In this document: positions 1 through 13,258 of the stretch, one piece after another
Position numbering within the stretch: the first letter of the stretch is position 1
Layout: every line of letters begins with the position of its first letter
Origin: Geosiphon pyriformis uo1
Lineage: Eukaryota > Fungi > Glomeromycota
Length of the DNA stretch: 64,000 nucleotides
Assembly: GCA_016748015.1 (NCBI GenBank)
Contig: JAAOMT010000197.1
Coordinates: 282,388-346,387, forward strand
Reading direction: 5' to 3'
Notes under the pieces: generated by a model
Seen by the model: the letters and a program-made list of their open reading frames with translations, nothing else
Database searches by the model: none
What the model was told of the DNA's origin: nothing
Translations under genes and position numbers: made by a program

Positions 1-254
1 ACTTAAGCATGTTTGGCCTCTAATTTGAATTCAGATATGACTCTTAATAACACATTAACATCTTCCACCTCTCCTCTTTTGGTTGTTATAGACATAGTTG
101 CTAATTTTAGCTCGAGCAGCTTTAAAGTTTTGACCACCAAGGTAGGTAAATTAAAATCTAAGATAATGGCTTTGGAAGTGTCAATTGATTTGATTTTAGA
201 GAGGTTGAATTGTCTGTGTTCTGTTTTGGGTTTGTTGGCTTCTCTTACTCTCTA

Positions 255-3200
255 ATGAATAATTTTGTGTGGAAGATTGCTATGTGTAATGTTCACAATA
301 TTAATGTTCCTTCTAAGTAGAAGGACATTATCCATTGGCATAGAGATTCTGAGAATTTGGTTTCAATTGTTACAGAAACAAAATTGAGGTCTAGTTGTAG
401 ACCATGAATTAAAGATAAGTTCAGTGGGTTTAGGATTTTTTTATCTGGGTTGGACAAGGGATTTCTTGGTGCTGGAGTGGCAATTATTATGAATGCTTTT
501 TTGGCTTGTCATGTGTGTAAGGTTTCTAAAGTGCCTGATCAGCTTCTCTCTATCAATTTGCTTTTCAAGAATAAACTTTTTGTTTCAATTCTGGAACTTT
601 ATGCTGGTGCTTTTTTGGCTGTTCATTTTTTTCAGGCTGGTAATATTAATTCTCTGATAGCTAAGACTGTAAATGAGTTGTTTTTTGTTATATTGGGTGG
701 AAATTTCAATGAGAATGGTTCCTGCAAATGTGTGAGTTTCAAAAAGTGTCTTAATTTAGGACTGGTTAATTCTTTGTTGGGGAGTTTGTGTGATAAAATT
801 CCAACTTGAAATAATTCAAAGAGTTCAGAAAAGACAATTAATTACACATTTGTTTCTTCAAATTTGGTTAATGTGGTAGTAAATCACAGTATTATAGATG
901 TCAGTAAACACTTTAACACTAATTACCAAGCAATTTTTGTGTCTATAGATTTAAGTGGATTTTTGGATGTACAGTTGAATTTTATTTGCAAGCAAGCTAA
1001 TAAGGACTAATGAAAATTTGATTTTAAAGGTGCTGGTAATACAAAATGAAACAATTTTAGCAGCCAATACAGCAATGCTTTCTAACAAGTTTGTGGTTTC
1101 TGTGAAGTTTGCAGATCTGGGTGCAATGTGGAATGTTGTTCACAAAACAATGACTCTTTCAGTTAATGAAATATTCAGAAAAATATGGTCTAAGGTTATG
1201 ATAAAGTTTTTACCAAAGAGTCTTCTAGGTTTCATAAGCTGGAGTTGTTGGTATTCAAGCTGGTTAAGGCTTTTTGTTTGGCTTCTAGTAGAAATTTTGC
1301 AGTACTATTGAATGCATGAGATAGACTTGACACAGCTAGTGCATTGGCAGTAAAATTTTTGTTTTTTTTGGGGTCTAATTTTAACACAATTCACTTGGCT
1401 TTGGTTAAAACAAGAAAATTTTACTGCTCTTCTAAGATGTTGAAGTCTAAGCATGCAAAAAAGTCTTGCATCAAAACAGCTGTTAATAAAAAAATAGAAA
1501 ATTTCGAATTGGATAAGGGTTACATTATCAGAAGTGTTTTGGAGCATCTTTTTCATAAGATAGTGCTGAATCATTTGGTTGTGGATGATGAGTTGGTATT
1601 AGAGCCGGATTTAGTTAAATCTAAGATGAATTTGATCATAGAGGGATGAATTAGAAAGTGTAAAGTGGTATCTAACATTTCTGATGATTGGTCTTACCAA
1701 TATTAGCCTTTAGATTATGTTTTTGATGGTGTTTTTTCTGATATAATGTGTCTAATTGGGTTTGATGAAATGTTTGCTGTGGTTTTGAATCTGCCAGATG
1801 GGAAAGCAGCTAGTCTCTCTGGCATCTCGAATGAGTTGTGGAAGCATTGTGACAAGTTAGTATTAGATATGCTATTGGTGTTTTTGAACTTTTGTTTGAC
1901 TTATAAATCAATGTCTGGGTCTTGGAAAAAAGCTTGGGTCTCAATAATTCTCAAACCTTATAAATGGGAATGTGTTCTTATAAATACTCATCTTATTGTT
2001 CTGATTGAAACAGCTCATAAGATTTTTTTTAAAATTCTTTTTGACAGAATTTTTCTGGCATGCAGCACTTTTGATGTTTTCTATGAGAATAACTTTTCTG
2101 TTTTGAAAGGTACAATGACACAATCTTCCATTTTTGCTGTTGGTTCTGTTATTAAAGATGCTTTGGAGAAGAATTGAGAACTTTGGCTGGTTTTGCAGGA
2201 CATACATAAGACCTATGACTCTGTTAGTTGAAAACATCTCAAGAAGAGTTTGACAAAGATCAAGAAATATGACAAATTTATTAAATTTTTTGGAGGTCTT
2301 TACAATGATCACATTAACAAAGTAATAACAGATTTCAGCCTGACTGGCAGGTATTATGTTCATGATGGGTTGGATCAAGAAAAAGTTTTTTTGTTTCTTC
2401 TGTGGTGCATATTCTATGATCCACTTCTGTGTAAAATTAAAAGACAAGAGAGTGTGTATGGTTATAGATTAAATTCTCATTTTATTTCCAAAATTGGCAG
2501 AATAGAATCTCAGGCCAGATTGATCTTGTTTTTTGCTGCTGGTGCTTTTGTCAATGATACAATCTGAGTTGGTAGTAGCCAAGCTGCTATGCAACACATT
2601 CTCAATATTGCAAGTGAATTTTTTTGGTTTAATAATATTTCCATCAATAATAACAAGACTGTGGTCATTTTTATCAATTGTCAGGTCAAAAACCTTCATC
2701 TAACTATCAGTGGCTTGCCCATTTCTGTTGCCAGAAAAAGAAAGTCACTATTACAGATAATTATTTGGGGTCTTAAAGCAAATAACAAACCTGTAACTTG
2801 GTGCTCAATTAATATAATAGTGTTAATTTATCTGAAGATTTTGGTTGAGTTTTTTGTATAATGAACAGAGATGTAGTGGTGATTGTAGTACTTTTTTGGA
2901 ATTGCAATTCTGCCCAATTTTTTTTTCAGCTTGGCAGCCAAATTTATTCTGGCAGTTGTGTCCTTCTGGTAAGCTATCTAATAATATATATATAATTTTA
3001 CCCTTATTTCTGGGTCTTTTACCAGGCTATCTATGACATCAATAATTTAGTGCTTTAATCTTTTTTTAATTAATTAGTAACAATTAAAAGACAAGAAAAA
3101 AAAATAAAAAAAAATAAAAAAAAGATAAAGAAAATAAGCCAAGGCATTTGCAAGTTAGTATTCTATCAATAGCCATGATCAAGAGCTATTGTTTCAGTGT

Positions 3201-5676
3201 GATTAAGTATCAATTAGTATTAATATAAAGTGTTAATAATGGAGAATGGATTGAGATAGTAAATAATTATTTATTGATATTTGGGTGTGGAAGAGTTGCT
3301 TAGATCTAATCTAAACTAAAAGGTCTTGGGAATTCTAATAATTATGATTTGTGAGTTTAATTGACTTTGAGAGTCCTACTAACTCTGGAAATCTAATTTT
3401 CTAGTTTCTGATACTACTGCTATATATACATAAATTTTATTGTATAAGATTTCTTGAATTCCTCAATTCTTTAACCAAGAATCCTGGAATTTCTGGAATC
3501 TTGCAATTCCTTTGAGAAGAATTCTGAAATTCTGGAATCCTGCAATTCCTTATACAAAAATCCTGAAATTCTTGGAATTTTGCAATTTCTCTAAGAGGAA
3601 TCCTGGAATTCCACTTTTATTATGTTTATTCTAATTGGCTAATTTATGTATTAATATTTAATTCCTATATTCTATAAGTAATATTGCACTGCTATTTGGG
3701 TATCTTTTTGTCTTCTGAAGATTTGTTGAAACTTAGTATGGCTAAGGCTTATTTGAATGTTCAATTTTTTGTCAATCTAGTTTTAAGGCAGACAATCTCA
3801 GATAAACAGTTTGCATATTTGGTGTCTGCAGTTCTTCATCTGATCATAAGTTATAAGACTTAATTTAATTTCATTCTTATTGGTGTGTGTAATAAATAAG
3901 ATGCTCTTATTTGCAAAGGCTTGAAGTCTAAGTCTGGTCTGCCTCTTAATTTTTCCAATGACATGATCTATCATTCTTCTTTGTATAGTTTGAAAATGTT
4001 TGAACAAGTTCAGGTTGAGAGCAAATTGGCCTCAGTTGTTTTCTTTGCAAATTCAGTTGGTATTTTAGGCAAGTTATTTTCTCATAAGTCACATAATTTT
4101 TAGGTTTTCAACTGGCATTCACTTCATTCTTTACAGTTCTTAGCTCGTGTAAGTATTAACTTTTCAAATAACTTTCTGGCAGATATAATGCACATATTTT
4201 CTGGATATGATTTGTTTTTAGACAACTTTCTGGTCAGTGTTTTCTGTCTTCAGGATGGGACTTCTATGTCTTTTGTTCTTAGTAAGTTGACTTATTTTAA
4301 GTGTGTTTCTTTACTTCGACATTATAGTATTGCTTTTATGGACCAGCTGTGTGACTGAAGTAGTACTGTTTTTGAATAGAAAACTTTTAAATGGTGGAAA
4401 TAATTGGACTTCTGTGGTTCTGTTCTTATTTGGTTTGAACTTTCTGTTCAATTTCTTGGTTGTGTTACTATTCTCTCTATTAATTCTTTACTTTTAGATA
4501 ATCATGGTTCTTCAGATATTTTGTGGTCTTATGAGTTTAATATCATCAAAAACAATTTACTGTATGTTAATGCAGGTTATCTTTCTGTTTATATGGATGG
4601 ATTTTTGAGTGACTTAAGAACTTTCGGTATAAAGGCTGGTGCAGCTGTTTTTTTTAAGAATGTTAATTTGAGTTTGGATGTGCAGATTTCTGGTCTGTTG
4701 TCTTCTATCATGATAGAACTATAAGCTATTGCTTTAGCTCTTAAGTGTATTCTCTCTTCTCATTCTGTAGACCTGTTTATAAACAGCCAAGCTGCTTTGA
4801 ATACATGTAGATCAGATTTGAAATCAATTTATCCAGATTTCAGAAATTGGTGTTGAATTGAATGTTGTCACATTATAAACACTATTTGTTACAAGAATTT
4901 AGATGTCAGTTGACATAAGATTAAGAGTCACTTTGGCATTTATGACAATGAGTGTGCTAATATGTTTGCCAAAGCAGCTGCTGTTTCCAATTGGCACCTA
5001 CTTTATTTAATTAGTGAAAGTTATTTTAGGGCTGGTAGTGTTGTAGTTTCTGATAATTCTAAATATTTTGTTCGAGAGGTTTTTTAGTCTGTTAATCATG
5101 CATGTTAGAAAACTGGTTTTGGTTCTTGAATGGTTGCAAATAATATGCATGTAGAAATTGATTGGTTTAGGTTGTCTTTGGTGTGGCATTATAATTCACA
5201 CTTGGCAGCTGGTTTTACTAGTAAATGGACTGCTGGTTTTCAAACATATTTCATAAAAGCTCTCCATTATCAGTTTTTTGTTGCTGTGTATAAAAAATTA
5301 TATAATAAGTATTATCCCAGTGTGGTTTGCTTGTTCTATAGTAATGTTGAAGTATCTGACCATGTTTTTTTCTGTCTATTTGATGCTGCTGATCATGCTT
5401 AGTTGTTGAATACTTATGTGTTTGTTTCTGTCTCGCATTCTGGGATAATATCTGATTGGTATATGTTAAGCACTATGCTTTTATGGAAAAAAATGGCCTG
5501 ATTCCATATAATGGTTCCATTCCTATTCCAGTATCAGGTTTTCTTTTAATGCTTTCAGCTGGCATAGTTAAATTATTGGGTATAGCTAAAGCAGCGAGTG
5601 TGGATTTCGGATTTCATAAATCTTGTTTGTTTTTTTAGATATAGGGAACACAGTCTTTGTTTATATAGGTGCCTAA
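255..5676 (+). pseudogene. LINE A ORF2 (endonuclease-RT-RNase H-C-terminal Cys region), many stops and frameshifts
   Basis: ATG at 255 overlaps the ORF1 stop (..TAATGA..). Domain fragments are collinear with copies C and D. Confidence 0.88.
2749..3683 (-). mobile_element. Solo LTR of the Gypsy family at 18665, inserted in LINE A ORF2
   Basis: Reverse-complement match to the LTR (ends TATTACAG.. and ..CTATAAGTAATA), including the GAATTCC-type repeats. Flanks TCAC (2745-2748) and TTGC (3684-3687) are a decayed 4-bp TSD. The LINE frame K-S-H-x-Y-L-G rejoins across it. Confidence 0.9.
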
Positions 5677-5942
5677 TATTGTTCTGATTAGCCTAAATGG
5701 CTAGTTACGTATGGAAAATGCATGATTTACACCTAGTTTAAATTATTTGTATGATGTATTATATTAGGTAGTGTTTGGATTTCACTCATTAAATGTTAAA
5801 AAAAAAATTAATATAATTATTATTTATATGTTTTTAAGTTTTATTAGTTAAAGTTTTAATATTATGCTTGAAATTTTTTTTAAATATGTAATTATAAATA
5901 ATTTTCATTTAAAAACTATTTAAAAAAACAATACAAATTTAT

Positions 5943-6747
5943 TATTACAAGTGATTATTTAGAGTGTTAAAACAAATAATAAATCTATAACTTAGTACTT
6001 AATAGTTGTGTAATTTCTAAAGATTTTGAAGTTTGAAATTTTTGGTTAAGTTTTTTGTATAATAAACAGAGATTCAATTGATGGTTTTTTGTATAATAAA
6101 CAGAGATTCAATTGATGGTTTTTTTTTTGTAAATTTTTTTCTTTAGTATAATGGCCAGTTTATTTTAACAGTTGTGTCCTTCTGATAAGCTATTCTTAAG
6201 TTTCTATCCTTGTTTTTAGGTCTTTTACCAAGCTATCTTTGATGTTAAATACTTAACACTTAATCTTTTTTATTAATTAATAAACAACAAAAAAATAAAA
6301 AAAAATAAAAAATTAATATTCTATTAATAACCATAATTAAGAACTATTAATTCAATATGATTAAATATTAAATTCTATTAACATGGAGTATTAATAGTGT
6401 AAAATAAATTAATATTTCTTTAATCAAATAATAATAATATGAATTTGGATAATAATAAATATTTTATTAATATAAGTATAATTTTACTTTAAGTTATAAA
6501 AAATTATTTTTTAAAAAAAAAAATATTGTTATTTTAAACTAAATTGTCTTCTTTTCAATACTTTTTCTGCTTTTAATACTCTTACTATATATACATAATT
6601 TATGTTATACAAGATTTTTTAAAATTTTTTAATTCTTTTAAAAAAAATTCTGAAATTCTGAAATCCTGTAATTCTTCTTTTTACTATGCTTATTTTTGAT
6701 TGGCTATTTTATTTACTTATTATAATTCTTAATTTTTATAAATAAAA
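5943..6747 (-). mobile_element. Solo LTR (AT-eroded subfamily)
   Basis: Shared LTR blocks (TTTTTGTATAATAAACAGAGATTC, GGTCTTTTACCAAGCTA, GATTGGCTA). Flanks TTAT/CTAT. Contains an exact 34-bp tandem duplication at ~6057-6124. Confidence 0.8.
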
Positions 6748-6833
6748 CTATTTTTTTTTTATAAAACTTATTTTATGTAAAAATTTTAGTTTTTTTTTTA
6801 AATATTATGTAATTTTAGTTATTATTTATATGT

Positions 6834-7804
6834 TGTTATTCAAAAAAATTAAGAGTATTATATATATTTAAAGAAATAGCCAATTAGAAACAAGTGTAAT
6901 AACAGAAAAATTTCAGAATTTCTCTAAAAGAATTGCAGAATTTCAGAATCTCAAAATTCTTGGTAAAGAATTGCAAGATTCCAGAATTTCAGAATTCCAA
7001 AATTTTATTGAAAAAATAGCAGAATTCCAGAAATTTTGTATAATACAAAATATGTATATATAATAATAATGTTAAAAGCAAGAAAAGTATTTAAAATTCA
7101 GTTCAGTTTCAGTTTAAAATCTTTTTTCTTAACTATTGATTAACTCTCATTTCACAGATAGTAATATCAACTAAAGTGAACTCACTAAAAATATTCAATA
7201 AATATATTTATTATTATTTAATCTATGTTATTGTTATTTAATTGAAAATCTTTATCATTCATTTATTATCAACATTTCATATTAATAATATTCAACACTT
7301 TATGTTAATAATATCTAATACTTAACCATATTGAAACAATAGTTCTTGATCATAGTTATTGATAAGATACTAATTCTTATTTTTTTTTCTTATTTTTTTT
7401 ATTTTCTTTTTATTTTCTTTTATTTCTTTGTTGTTTGTTGTTTATTAATTGATTTAAGAAATTAAGCACTAATTAATTGATATCATGATTAGCTTAGTAA
7501 AAGACCCAAAATAAGAGTATAGAATTTATAAATTAACAGATAGCTTATCAGAAGAGCACAACTACCAGAATAAACCAGCCATCATGCTAAAGAAAGAAAT
7601 TTGACAGAATAATTATTTCAGGAAGCTACTGAAATCAACCATCAAATCTTTGTTTATTATACAAAAGACTCTAACCCAAAACTTTCAGATACAAAAACCT
7701 TCTAATTACCAAAATTTTTAGATATTACCAATATTATCAAGCTATTGAATACTAAGTTATGGATTTGTTATTTATATCAACACCTCAAATAATTATCTGT
7801 AACA
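6834..7804 (+). mobile_element. Solo LTR
   Basis: TGTTA...TGTAACA ends, TAGCCAAT box, GAATTNCAG repeats, TATA and shared 3' half. Flanks ATGT/AAGT. Confidence 0.85.
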
Positions 7805-9816
7805 AAGTTTTTAAACTTTATTAATTTAAAAAACAAAAAATTTTTTCAAGTTAAAAATATTTTTAAGTATATAAATAATATTAAAATTATTACAAATTTA
7901 AATCTATGTATTATAAAAGTATTTTTAAGATATTTACATATAAAATTTTTGCATAATTATTTTATATATATTGTAATATTAAGCTTTAAAAAATAAATAA
8001 TTATATTTAAAAACTTATAATTATATTAAATTTATTTATTAAATAATGATTGAATTATACTTATTAAGTTAATAAATTTAATACAAATATATTTTATTGG
8101 CTTAATTGTTAAAAATACTTTAGAAAAAAATAGAAAAATTTGGCTGGTGTTTTAAAATATATGTAAAGCTTATGATTTTGTGAGCTAATCACATTTGAAA
8201 AACAGTTTAAAACAAGTAAAAATGTGTGAAAAATTTATTATTTTTTTGGTTATATTTATAATAGTTATATAAACATAATTATAACAGATTTTAATTTGTC
8301 TAAAAACTACAAAGTCCATAATAAGCTAGATCAAAATAAAATTTTTTTACCACTTTTATGAAGAATTTTTATGACTCTTTTTGTGTAAAATAAAAAAATA
8401 AAAATTGCTGTTTGAATATTATATAAATTTCAGATTTATTGTTAAAACAAACAAAATTAAATTTAATACTAGTTTGATTTTTTATTTGATTGCTGGTGTT
8501 TTTGTAAATAACACAATTTGGATTAATAATTGCTATACAATAACACAAAAAATTTTAAACATTGGTAGTGAATTTTTTAATATTATAGATATTTTAATAA
8601 ATACAGACAAAACAGTAGTAATTCTAATCAATTCAAAAGCTAACAATATTTTTTTAAGTTAAGTGAATCTCTTATTTTGATTGCAAAAACAGATGAAGCT
8701 CATTGGTATTTGAATATTTTTATGTTAACCAAAAGTTTTTTTGATCTAAGTTTAAAAAAAGCAAATTTAGATATAAAGTTTTTTTTATTTATGGTTGTGT
8801 ACAAAATTATATTAAACAAATAATTTGCATACTTGGTCTTGGCTGTTTTGCAGCTTATTGTAAGTTACAAAACTTAATTCAGCTTTGTTATTAAGAGTAT
8901 ATATAAGAAGTAAGATTACCAAATTAGAAAAAAATTAAAGTCTAAAACTAATTTGCCCAAGAATTTATCTAATAAAACTGTGTATTATTTATTTTTGTAT
9001 AATTTAAAGTCTTTTAATTAGGTCTAAACAAAAGAAAAAATAGCATTAATAATAAATTTTGCTAATGCTAATGATATTTTTGGTTGGCTTTTTAAATACA
9101 GATTATTGGATTTACAAATCTTAGATTGGATTTCTTGAAATCTTTTTTAATTTTTTATTAAATTAAAAATTAATTTAATGAACAACTTTTTGGTTGGTAT
9201 TATTAAAACTTTTTACACAATGGTGTATTCATAACCAATAGTCTACTCAATGCTTTTTGTCTTAAACATGGCATTTTTGTTTTAAATATTCTGGATTAAA
9301 CAAAATATTTTTGGATTTTTAAGTCTCTAAAACGTTTTGGCATTGTTTTTGCAAACCAGTTTTTGAATAACTATAAATAATACTTTACTTGAAAAAATTT
9401 TTGTCAATAGAAATGGTTGGATCTCAAAAGTCTAGTTTTTTTTTAATTTATGCAAATTTTGGCTTTTGTAAAGAATAGTAATTTAGGTTAAAGTTTTTTA
9501 TTTGTTTTAATACAATTTTTTGAAATAAATATGGTTAATATATGTAGTTTTTATGTTATTTATTTTAGTCTAAAAAATATATTTTTGTTTAAGATTTTAA
9601 TTTACATTAATAATTTTATTAAAAACTTTGGCTTTTTTAATATTTGTAATAATATAGCTGCTTACTTTTTTATTTAAATTTACATATAAAAATTGAGATT
9701 TATGGATTATTGTTTTTAATCTTGGCTAAAATACAAACTATTGTTTTGGCTCTTAAATGTATTTCAGCTTTCTCTGAAGTCAAGATTTTTTCTAACAGCC
9801 AGACTGTTTTAGATGT

Positions 9817-10765
9817 TATTAATCATAAAAAAATACAAAAAAAAAAGCTAAAAAAACATATAAGAAAATGAACCAATAGAAAAATAGTATTTAATATATA
9901 AGTACAATGTCAAAAAACTATAATATATTGTTAGTGAATTATGGCATACTGTTTAGCAATGTGAACAATATTAATAAATTATGGCACATTGTTCAGCAAT
10001 ATAAGCAATGTTAGTAAATTAGAGCATACTGTTTAACAATATGAATATTGTCAATAAATTAAGGCATATTGCTCAGAAAAATATAAGATCTTGTAGAACA
10101 AAAAAATATGTATATATAATAAGAAGATTAAAAGCAAAAAGAACAAAATTTATCTTAAAATTAATACCCATAATTAATTAATTATCTCATATCTCTCTCT
10201 TTAAAAGATAGTTTTCTATAACTTAAAGCAGAATCAACAGATTAATAAAATATTAATTACTACTTAAATCCATATTATTATTACTTAATTAAGAAATATT
10301 AATTATCTTCACTCTATCAATATTTCATGTTAATAAAATCTAATACTTGATCACACTAAAACAATAGCTCTTGATCATGGCTATTAATGGAATACTAATT
10401 TTTTATTTTTTTTTATTTTTTTTTTGTTGTTTTGTTGATTTACTAACTGATTAAAAGAATTAAGCATTAAGTAATTTGACATTAAGAATAGCCTGGTAAA
10501 AGACCCAAAAATAAGGATAAGAAACTTGGAAATTAAGAATAACTTACCAGAAAAGCACAACTGCCAAAATAAGCTAACCACTATGCTAAAAAAAAATTTG
10601 ATAGAATAACTATTTTGAGAGGCTACTGAAACAACCATTGAATTTTTGTTTATTATACAAAAAACTCTATCAAAATCTTTAAAAATTACCAATACAATCC
10701 AGTTATTAAGCACCAAATTACAGATTTGTTATTTATACTAACACCTCAAATAATCACCTATAACA
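9817..10765 (+). mobile_element. Solo LTR, variant with a 40-bp tandem array in its 5' half, inserted in LINE B RNase H
   Basis: 3' half matches the LTR family and ends ..CACCTATAACA. Flanks ATGT/ATAT. The LINE frame (L-D-V-C-Q-A) rejoins across it. Confidence 0.82.
9928..10076. repeat. 40-bp tandem repeat, ~3.7 diverged copies
   Basis: Units ttgttagtgaattatggcatactgtttagcaatgtgaaca / atattaataaattatggcacattgttcagcaatataagca / atgttagtaaattagagcatactgtttaacaatatgaata / partial. Confidence 0.9.
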
Positions 10766-11510
10766 ATATATATCAAGCTAAATTAGACTTGACAACACCT
10801 AATTTTTACAATAAATATTAAGTTAAATACTGCCAGATTAGTAACTTGATTAGAAACAAAAATATTTTTGTTTATTAAGTCAAGATAAAAAGTTATTCTG
10901 GTGTGTTGAATAATAAATATGCTAATAAGTTAGCAAATTAAACTATATTTTTAAAGCTAATGCTTTTAGTAAATATTAAAAAAAAATTTTATTGATATTT
11001 AATAATATTCACCATTTTGTTAGAATTGTAAATAATACTTTAAAGTGCTTTCAATAAGAAATTAGACTGGATGTTAATGTTATAAATCTTTTATATATTG
11101 GTATTATTAATTGGAAGCATATTGCTTTGGTTTAGCATCCTAATTTTTATATAACTGAATATATAAACAAATCTATTACTGATTTGTATACATATTTAAT
11201 AAAAATTTTGTACAAAAAATTACTAATAACAGTTAAAAAACATTTATATAATTATAATTATCTAAGTATATTATATATATATTATAATAAGGTAAAATTT
11301 TCAGATCATAGTTTTATTTATAGTTTGAATTTGTCTGCTTGTTAAGAGCTATTTAATAAATATTCTGATATTTGAAAGTAATTAATTAATATAAATTTGG
11401 CTTTATTGTTAATTCTTTAATTATTAGCTTTAAATGCTTTTAATATTAGTCTGTATATAATTTTATGTAGAAAATTAACTAGTAGAAACTAAAACATTTT
11501 TTAAAAATAC

Positions 11511-12277
11511 TATTACTTATAAAAAAATAGCCAATAAAAAATTGGCATAGTAAAAAGAAAAATTTTAGAATTTTTCTTAAAAAATTTTAAGATTTTTTTT
11601 AAGGAATTGAAAAATTTTAAAAATTTTATATAACAAAAATTATGTATATATAGCAATAGTATCAAAAATAAAAAAAGTAGTTAATTAAATTTAAACAGAT
11701 ATTTAGATAAATAATTATTAAAAATACTTTTCTCTTTACCAATAATTACTATTATCTAAAGTAAAATTATATTAAATAAAATTACTTAATTTAATTATTT
11801 GCTTTATGTTATTATACATTGATTAAAATACTTACTAATTATATTTTATTAGCAACTAATATTAATAATATCTGATATTTAACTATGCTAAAACAATAGT
11901 TCTTAATTATAGCTATTGACAAAATATTAATTTTTATTGTTTTTTCTTAATTTTTTTATTTTTTTTTATTTTTTTTTGTTGTTCATTAATTAATTAAGGA
12001 ATAAGTACTAAAATATTAATATTAAGAATAATTTGGTAAAAAATCTATAGAACAAGAATAGAAAACTTAAGAATAGTTTATCAAAAAAACATAACTGTCA
12101 GATTAAACTGGCTATTATACTAAAGACAGAAATTAGGAAAAAACTATTAATTAAATTTCTGTTTATTATATAAAAAACTTAATTAAATCCTTTAAAAATT
12201 ACTATTATTAGCAGTTATTAAACATTAAGTTATAAGTTTATTATTTATTTCAATACTTCAAATAATAATTTGTAATA
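11511..12277 (+). mobile_element. Solo LTR (eroded) inserted in LINE B
   Basis: TATTACTTAT...TGTAATA ends. Perfect TSD ATAC at 11507-11510 and 12278-12281. Confidence 0.83.
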
Positions 12278-13258
12278 ATACTAAGCTTGTTACACTCAAA
12301 ATAGTTGAGTTTATTCAAAGATTGATTGTTGAATACAGAAAAAAGATATAATTATCTAACTTAAAACTTCAGGTTAAAATAAATCATAAAGGTTTGTTGA
12401 ATAAAAATAGTTTTATGTTTAATATTGTTTATAGTTTTTTTGCTAAGATGTTAAATAGTATTATTTGTTTACTAAAGATTAATAAAAATTATGCTATTAG
12501 TTTTAAATTATGAATTTGTTATTTGTTTTTTGTTAATGTAATTAAGAAAGTTTTAATTAACATAATTACATAGTATTGTTTTAATTGACCAAGTAGTTAA
12601 TTATATATAACAAGCATATAAATTATACTTAATTTAAAACTCTAAATAGTTGTATTGTATTAGGTAGTAATTGAGTTTTACTTAAAATAAATAAATAAAA
12701 AAATATATTTTTTATTATATATAAAATAATAAACAATATTTTTAAAAGTTATTATTATTTTAATATTTATTAATTAAGTACTTAAAATAGTTTTTAAAAA
12801 CCAAAAACCAAATTTAATATATTATAAAATAAAACTTGTTAAATTATTATTAAAAAAATTATTAAAAAAAAGTAATATATATTAATTTTAATATTTTAAA
12901 CTAATTTATTAATTAAAGTTTTAAATTTATTTATAAAAAAACAATATAATTATTTAAAATACTATTATATTTTTTTTATATTTAATGAGTAAAATTCATT
13001 ATTATAATATATTATATTTTTAAAATAACAAAATTTTTAATATTTATTAATTATAAAAAAATTAAATTTAAATTATTAACTTTTTTATAAAATTAAACAG
13101 ATAATTTTTTAACTTGTATTATTAAAAATTTTATTAATAAAAAGCTTAATTTAATAAGTATTATATTATTTAATATTATTTAATATTAGTAATTTAAAAC
13201 AAATTTTTTAAGTACAAGCTTAAATTTTGAATAAAAAATTATTTTATATTGTTTTAAA

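Larger units (their letters stand above)
1..5807 (+). mobile_element. LINE (non-LTR retrotransposon) copy A, APE-RT-RNaseH type, degenerate; 5' end lies outside the window
   Basis: ORF1 tail at 13-255 (..VGKLKSKIMALEVS..) is homologous to the ORF1 end at 53428. ORF2 fragments: APE (GAGVAIIM, ILGGNFNE), RT (GKAASLSG, VHDGLDQ, AGAFVNDTI) and RNase H (SVYMDG..). 3' UTR and A10 tail at 5798-5807. Interrupted by the solo LTR at 2749-3683. Confidence 0.93.
8090..12702 (+). mobile_element. LINE copy B, heavily AT-eroded 3' half (RT C-terminus to polyA), interrupted by two solo LTRs
   Basis: Recognisable RT remnants (..KNRKIWLVF..KAYDFV.., AGVFVNNTIWI), RNase H remnants and a 3' UTR (TAGGTAGTAATTGAGTTTTACT + A-rich tail at ~12683-12702). 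5' boundary is approximate. Confidence 0.8.

Noticed and set aside
9928-10076. CRISPR-like array (also considered for 33470-33584 and the LTR GAATTCC arrays)
   Set aside because: Head-to-tail diverged tandem units without unique spacers, no cas genes and a eukaryotic context.
10384-10716. 110-aa minus-strand ORF
   Set aside because: Low-complexity frame within a solo LTR; not evidently preserved in other LTR copies.
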